A stretch of DNA of 64,000 bases. Source: Cyanophora paradoxa CCMP329 (taxonomy: Eukaryota > Plantae > Glaucophyta). Location: positions 1 through 64,000 of the forward strand of contig QPMI01000392.1 of the NCBI GenBank assembly GCA_004431415.1, given 5' to 3'. Of this stretch, positions 58,617-64,000 are shown one piece after another. Position 1 is the first letter of the stretch; each line of letters opens with the position of its first letter. The position numbers were made by a program, and so were the translations under genes. The notes under the pieces were generated by a model. It made no database searches. It saw nothing but the letters and a program-made list of their open reading frames with translations, and had not been told where the DNA came from.

Positions 58617-58979
58617 CTAGGCCTCGCACTCGGCGCGGATGCGATTGTCGTCCTCGATGAACCGCTCCCCGAGCCTCACGATCTCCTCCCACGTCACCGA
58701 CGCCGCCGCAGCTCGAATCTCCTCGGGCGAGAGGCTCCCGAGCCAAACGATGTCCGCGTTGTCGTATACGTACGCGCCGTTGTCGACGGGTGTGTCCTCA
58801 GCCTCGGACGTCGACTCGGCGCGGATGCGGTCGTCGTCCTCGATAAACCGATCAGCGAGCCTCACGATCTCTTCCCACGTGCACGTCATCGTCGCCGCCG
58901 CGCACGTTTCCTCGCCCATTGCAACCGACGTGACAGTATCGGCGCCGTTGGCTTCAATGTACGCGTACGCGTTGGACAT
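58617..58979 (-). CDS. Small acidic protein (120 aa) with two TWEEIVRLxxRFIEDDxRIRAE repeats
   Basis: Internal repeat; homologue at 40970-41260; TATAAAAGAG ~59045-59054 and GGGATTCCC 59096-59104 upstream. Confidence 0.8.
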   Translation of the reverse strand: MSNAYAYIEANGADTVTSVAMGEETCAAATMTCTWEEIVRLADRFIEDDDRIRAESTSEAEDTPVDNGAYVYDNADIVWLGSLSPEEIRAAAASVTWEEIVRLGERFIEDDNRIRAECEA

Positions 58980-59484
58980 GTTTCCCAAACCGCTTTGTTT
59001 TGCGAAAGGGAACTGACGATGTGGTCTACGAGGCCAGGGCGGATCTCTTTTATAGCCCTTCTCTCTTCTGCACTGCGGCATCTCATGTGCATGCCGGGAT
59101 TCCCGATCTCTGACCGAAAAAGATTTCTGAGACGGATTCCGTGCGTGCGCGCCCCCGTCGGTAAGGGTACACGTACACGTGTACATGTGCGCATGCACAG
59201 CCTGAGCAGGAGTGAAACAGCGCCGTACGCTGGCGATCATTCGACATTCAACGAATTGTGCACACGTGCAGACGTGTACGGCAACGCTGCAGCAGCGGGC
59301 TCCGTCGGGAATCCCAACCGCGGCCGGGAATCCCCCACGCTCCCGGGTCCCCAAGGGAATCGCGGGTCTATAAAAGGGTTCGCGGCCGCTCCGGTCGGCA
59401 TCGAGCGTCATTCGCACTCGCGGCCTCGCACGCGCACCCGAAAGCTCACGCCAGCCCAGACCTAGACCGCCCCAGCGATCGATC

Positions 59485-60114
59485 ATGAACGCCGCCAAAG
59501 TGGAGAGCCTGGTCATTCGCGCGACGGACCTGTTCGAGGACGACGAGCCAAAGCTCGTCGCCGCCGGCGCCAAACGGCCCCTCGACGCGCACGAGCGGAT
59601 TTTCAGCTCTAAGCCTCTGGAGGAATGCAGCCCCAAGGAGCACCGGGAGATCCTCCGGGTCTGCGCCGACGGAGCCCGCGAAGTCGTGAACCTCGACTGC
59701 CGCGCCAGGATCGACGCGAAGCGCGCCAGAGCCGTAGACGCCATCGACCGAGCCTTCAAGTGCGCCCGTATCGAGCGATACGCCGGCACCACATCCGACA
59801 ACTTCTGTAAGAAGATCAGCAATTACCAGGGGGCATGGACGGATGCGAAGAGCTTCCCCCGCCTCGAGCGGGAGATGTGGGATGGCTACGTGAACGAATT
59901 CCGCAAGAAAGGCCAAGGCAGCCGGTACCGCGGGCCCCGGGCGAACAGCGGCGGGTACGCCAAGGCGGAGCTCGCGTTCCGGCTCTACCGGGAGGCGGTG
60001 CTCTGCCAGGAGCTGGAGTGGCGCAAGCCGATCTACGAAGAGCTCGTTGCCGAGCTCGACGCGGCCCTCGCGGCCGCCCCCGCCCCCGCCCCCGCTAGCG
60101 CTCGTGACCAGTGA
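59485..60114 (+). CDS. Hypothetical protein, 209 aa (duplicate copy 2, with extra FRKKGQ)
   Basis: Same promoter architecture; in-frame 18-nt extra segment 59899-59916. Confidence 0.85.
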   Translation: MNAAKVESLVIRATDLFEDDEPKLVAAGAKRPLDAHERIFSSKPLEECSPKEHREILRVCADGAREVVNLDCRARIDAKRARAVDAIDRAFKCARIERYAGTTSDNFCKKISNYQGAWTDAKSFPRLEREMWDGYVNEFRKKGQGSRYRGPRANSGGYAKAELAFRLYREAVLCQELEWRKPIYEELVAELDAALAAAPAPAPASARDQ

Positions 60115-60919
60115 TCCTTTCCCTCTCCCTTCTTCCCCTTGGCCGTACCTGTACGCGTGGGGCCTCGCCTTTTCTCTCCAGACCCGCATGTATACGTATA
60201 TGTGTGTTGCGTGAAATAAACGTTGTAACTAATTTATAAACCGACCCGTACCAGTGTGAACCATTGAACGCTATATATAGCTACGTATGCCCACACTGTG
60301 TGTGAGACTCAGAGAGTGATCATGGGAGGAAATCTAGAGGCGATGCGAATTCGAAGAGCAAGAACGTTAACTTAGTAACGTTAACACGGGTACGCGAGCT
60401 TAGGCCGTACCCGGATCCGGAGTCGGTCACACCGCGGCCGCCTACAACGTATATAGCCAGTAAACGTCGTAACAGGCGGGGACGCGCCCGCAATCTCCCC
60501 AAAGAGGCTCCCGACCAGGCTAGCCTATATATAGCTAGTAGCGTGCAGGCGCCCGCACACCGCGGCCGTATGCGTGGCGGATCGTGATCGATCGAAAGGC
60601 AATGTTTCAACTCATGATCATGATCAGTACGTATAGTGATTATTCGACAGATCATAGAGCCGCAAACATGTACACGTGCATACATACGTATACGTACGCA
60701 TGCGCATGCGAAATATCCATTTCCGATCGATGTCATGATCTCCCACGAGCGCTAGCGCGAGTTTTCGTACCGTAGCTATAGATATAGATATATATATATA
60801 GTGTGTGTGCGTATGCACGCTTAAGCTTGCGCATGCGCATGCGCATATGTATACCAACGTGTATATAAACGTATACCGCACAACGCGTACCCCTCGCGAT
60901 CACAATCAACCTTAGCTTC

Positions 60920-61954
60920 CTAATCAACGACAATGTACTCGATCTCGGCCTCTGCGGACGCGCCCGGCGCGGCGGAGCGCTCGGCGTCGGGCTCCTGCTG
61001 TCGCTTGCGCTTGCGACGCTCGGCCTTTTTCTCGAGATCGCGCACACGCCTCTCCGGATCGGGGATTTCGGCCTTCTCAACCAGCCAGCCACGGACGTCG
61101 GCGGGGTCGAAGCGCTCCCCCAGCGTCTCCGGGTCGTAGCCGGCCACGGGGAGGGCCCCGCGCGGGCGGTGATGCAGACAGCGACCGGGGACGAGGCGGT
61201 AGCGCTTGACGATCTCCGCCATGGAGAGGAGGCCCGGGCGGGCGGGGAGGCCGCGGCGGCGCTCCCGCTCCCTGACGATGGCGGCATAGTTCGTAAAGCC
61301 GGCCGCGTCGACGGCGAGGTGCGGGATGGTGGTTCCGTAGAGGCCGTACTTGACGCTGGCCTCGCGGGACTCGCCAGAGATGGCGCTGATCACGTGACCA
61401 ATGGCCACGCCGTTCGCGGTGCTCGTGTAGGGAGCGGCGCAGTCGGCGCAGACGGGCCACTTTGTGATCGGGTCGATAAACGGCGTGTCGGCCGCGGGGC
61501 TCCAGTCGCGGTGGCCGTAGAAGCACGCCTTGCAGCGCAAGGCGGCAAACGCAAAGTACGCGGCGTGGGGCCCTCCGCGCGGGGCCCTCTCCATGTTGGT
61601 GACGCCCAGCTCGAATTCCGTCGTGCACAGCTGCGCCCACGCCTGGTCGTGCTCCTTGACGATGGTGCGGAAGCGGCGGCAGAGGGATCCCAGGTACATG
61701 TTGGCGCCCTTGGCGCCCAGCATGGTGGCGATCTTTTCGCGGATGATCTCGTCGGGGAGGTCTAGAAACGACACCGACGTCGACTTTGGCGCGGCAGGCA
61801 CGATCGTGAGATCGATCTCGCGATTAATGTCGGCCTCGGCCTCGGCCGCGGGCGCCGGCGCCGGCAACGCGCCCGGGCGGCCTCCATGCGCCACCGCCGC
61901 CACGAATTCGGGCTCGAGCTCAAGTGCACGGGTCGGCATCGGCGTCAGGGTCAT
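60920..61954 (-). CDS. F-box protein with CxxC..CxxC region and NLS-like RRKRKR
   Basis: FLDLPDEIIREKIATML...LGSLCRRFRTIV...W; GACAAAAGGG ~62045 and GGGAATCCC 62077-62085 upstream. Confidence 0.85.
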   Translation of the reverse strand: MTLTPMPTRALELEPEFVAAVAHGGRPGALPAPAPAAEAEADINREIDLTIVPAAPKSTSVSFLDLPDEIIREKIATMLGAKGANMYLGSLCRRFRTIVKEHDQAWAQLCTTEFELGVTNMERAPRGGPHAAYFAFAALRCKACFYGHRDWSPAADTPFIDPITKWPVCADCAAPYTSTANGVAIGHVISAISGESREASVKYGLYGTTIPHLAVDAAGFTNYAAIVRERERRRGLPARPGLLSMAEIVKRYRLVPGRCLHHRPRGALPVAGYDPETLGERFDPADVRGWLVEKAEIPDPERRVRDLEKKAERRKRKRQQEPDAERSAAPGASAEAEIEYIVVD

Positions 61955-62522
61955 CTAGATCTTTGGATGGATCGGGTGCGGTACCGGTGTCGCCGTCGTT
62001 TCTTTGGGTCGGCGCGCCCGAGTGACGAAATGGCGCCGCGCGATCCCTTTTGTCGGCCGCCGGGTTTTTCGTGAACGGGAATCCCGACCGAGGGGCCGGG
62101 GTGCGCATGCCGGAAGGAGCATACCCCTCAGGGCCTGTGCACTTGCACGTGACGCCGCGCCCCTTCAGGTCCGCGCCCTTTAATTTCCACCCTTGGCCGC
62201 GCCGCGAGAGGTCTCGAATTCATGTTTCGCGCGCAACGTGCGCGAGCCGCTGAGCGATTTTAAATTTCCTACGTATACGCACACATATACATCGCATGTA
62301 ACGCATGTAACTTAAAGCTCAGTTTTATGTCCTTGGAACGTTAACTGATTTGATTACAAACATTATCGCTTCGCACATGGACTGACGGTCACTTTGCTGT
62401 TCCAAGCAAATCTCGTTCGATTCATGATATCGATCGGTATAGCTATCGATTATCATTTCTAGGTTTTTAGCTATTCGTATTCCACACCTGCACTGTGACA
62501 ACTGCCGCTAACCTCTTTTCGG

Positions 62523-63494
62523 TCAAGGAGCGGTAACGAATTCTCCCAGATCGACGTCGTATATGTAGTTCATATAGCTGATCATGACGCCACCCCCGGC
62601 CGCCCCCGCGGCAGGCGCAGCCGGCGCGGTGGCATGCATATGCGCAGCCGGCGCGGTGTGCTGCTCGAACTGTCCGCGGCGGCGCTTGCGGTACTCCGCC
62701 GCCCTCTCGAGATTTCGTGCACGCCCCTCTGGATCGGGGATGCCGGCGCCGGCCTCATCGACCAGCCAGGCACGGATGTCGGCGGGGTCGAAGCGCTCCT
62801 CCAGCGTCTCCGGGTCGTAGCCGGCCGCGGCGAGGGCCCCGCGCGGACGGTGCTTCGTATTGCGGCGGGGGACGAGGTGGTAGCGCTTGACGATCTCCGC
62901 CATGGAGAGGAGGCCCGGGCGGGCGGGGAGGCCGCGGCGGCGCTCCCGCTCCCTGACGAGGGCGGCGTAGTTCGTTCGACCGGCCGCGTCGACGACTAGG
63001 TGCGGGATGGTGTTTCCGTAGAGCCCGTAATTGTCGTGGCTGTTCTTCGATTCATAAGAAATGGTGTAGATGCTGCTGATCGGGGTACGATCGCAGCGGG
63101 CGTCGGTGGAGCAGAGGCGCATGTTCAGGAGCGGGTCCATCACCATCGGCTCCTCGCTGGGCTTCCAGAAGCCGCGCTCAAAGCACAAGCGGCAGCGCGT
63201 CGCGAAAAAGCCGGCGTAGACGTTGTAGGCCGTCCCCGGCGGAGCGTCTTCGGGAACCACGATCCCGAGCTGCGTCTTGCACAGGGCCGCCCACTCGCCG
63301 TCGTCGTTTTTGACCAAGTCGCGAAAGCGGCGGTTCGTGGACCCCAGGGTGCGCTTGGCATCCCAGGGCCCGAGCCGCTTCGTTACCATGCGAAGGATCT
63401 CGTCGGGGAGGTCGGCGATCGACCTGGGCGCCGCCGGCTCGGAAAGGGGCGCCGCCGCCGCCGCCGCCGCCGCGTGCGTCGTCTCCGTGGCCAT
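62523..63494 (-). CDS. F-box protein, tandem paralogue of 60920-61954 (323 aa)
   Basis: IADLPDEILRMVTKRL...LGSTNRRFRDLV...W; shared C-terminal domain; GATAAAAGGG ~63588-63597 and GGGAWTCCC 63625, 63644 upstream. Confidence 0.85.
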   Translation of the reverse strand: MATETTHAAAAAAAAPLSEPAAPRSIADLPDEILRMVTKRLGPWDAKRTLGSTNRRFRDLVKNDDGEWAALCKTQLGIVVPEDAPPGTAYNVYAGFFATRCRLCFERGFWKPSEEPMVMDPLLNMRLCSTDARCDRTPISSIYTISYESKNSHDNYGLYGNTIPHLVVDAAGRTNYAALVRERERRRGLPARPGLLSMAEIVKRYHLVPRRNTKHRPRGALAAAGYDPETLEERFDPADIRAWLVDEAGAGIPDPEGRARNLERAAEYRKRRRGQFEQHTAPAAHMHATAPAAPAAGAAGGGVMISYMNYIYDVDLGEFVTAP

Positions 63495-63782
63495 CGGTAT
63501 CTCTAGCGGTACGAGAATTGGTGGGGGGTGGGCGGCCTTTTCTCGGGCGATAGTGCACGCTCGTGTTGTGAGATGGCACCGCGCAACCCCTTTTATCGAC
63601 CCCGCGGTCTCGACGGCTCGACCCGGGATTCCCGGCGCCGCCCGGGAATCCCTTGGCATTCTTCCCCCCTCCCCCCCTTCCACCCCCTCCACCCCGCGCC
63701 TGCATCTACCCCGTAACGTCTCGGGGGATCCTGAAGGCGCTTTGTTCGTCGTTGGAGAAAGAGGGAGAGGGGGTAGGGGGAT

Positions 63783-63815
<33 letters not shown>

Positions 63816-64000
63816 CGGGGGGGGGAGGGGGGGGGGTCCCGATTAGGCGTCTGCAGGGGCGGCACCGGTACCCTCGGCCTCGTGTGCAGGAGCCTCGGGG
63901 GCGGTGCCGGGCTCCGGGGCCGGCGCCGGCGCGGCCGTCTTCGCCCCCGGAGGAGGGGAAGAAGAGAACGAGTCGACGACGACGGCGGCGGCGGCGGCCT

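Larger units (their letters stand above)
57180..60454 (+). repeat. Recent direct segmental duplication: 57180-58303 vs 59292-60454 (promoter, CDS and 3' flank)
   Basis: Near-identical sequence with a few substitutions and small indels. Confidence 0.95.
3730..63700. mobile_element. Probable large DNA virus genome segment or endogenous viral element (NCLDV-, herpes- or mirusvirus-like); boundaries not visible
   Basis: Virus-type primase-UL9 fusion, divergent TFIIB and H3, ubiquitin adaptors, dense orphan genes with a shared promoter motif; no virion hallmark gene recognised. Confidence 0.55.

Noticed and set aside
1-64000. rRNA, complete tRNA genes, telomeric repeats, and a specific host or virus species assignment
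   Set aside because: None seen by eye; taxonomy needs database searches I cannot run

Overview
Very GC-rich eukaryote-associated DNA (short GT-AG spliceosomal introns, TATA boxes) whose gene content looks like a large nucleus-associated DNA virus or an endogenised copy of one (NCLDV-, herpes- or mirusvirus-like). I recognised no capsid, terminase or PolB gene here, so the lineage is unresolved. Recognisable genes: a 7-exon divergent histone H3 variant; an ~1830-aa AEP primase / Zn finger / UL9-type SF2 origin-binding helicase fusion; a TFIIB core with an acidic N-terminus plus a separately encoded TFIIB-type Zn ribbon; a Skp1/BTB-like protein; two F-box paralogues; a C3HC4 RING protein; two paralogous large RING-like proteins; an ankyrin protein; and many orphan ORFs. 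The most striking structure is non-coding. (i) There are five 'hubs', each made of two related tandem-repeat families (A ~130 bp, B ~120 bp, shared core CTGGTCGATTCCGGCTACGG, about 65 cores by manual count) that always point head-to-head. (ii) There are three copies of a ~60-bp nearly invariant element centred on a 28-bp 11-6-11 palindrome, each on the B side of a hub. (iii) A GGGAWTCCC + TATA-like promoter architecture precedes about a dozen compact genes. Two hubs in inverted orientation bracket the primase-helicase and RING genes. Together these suggest an uncharacterised replication-origin/enhancer/resolution system. Coordinates were read by eye. Repeat boundaries are approximate (+/-20 bp), and homopolymer indels appear to disturb some GC-rich reading frames.
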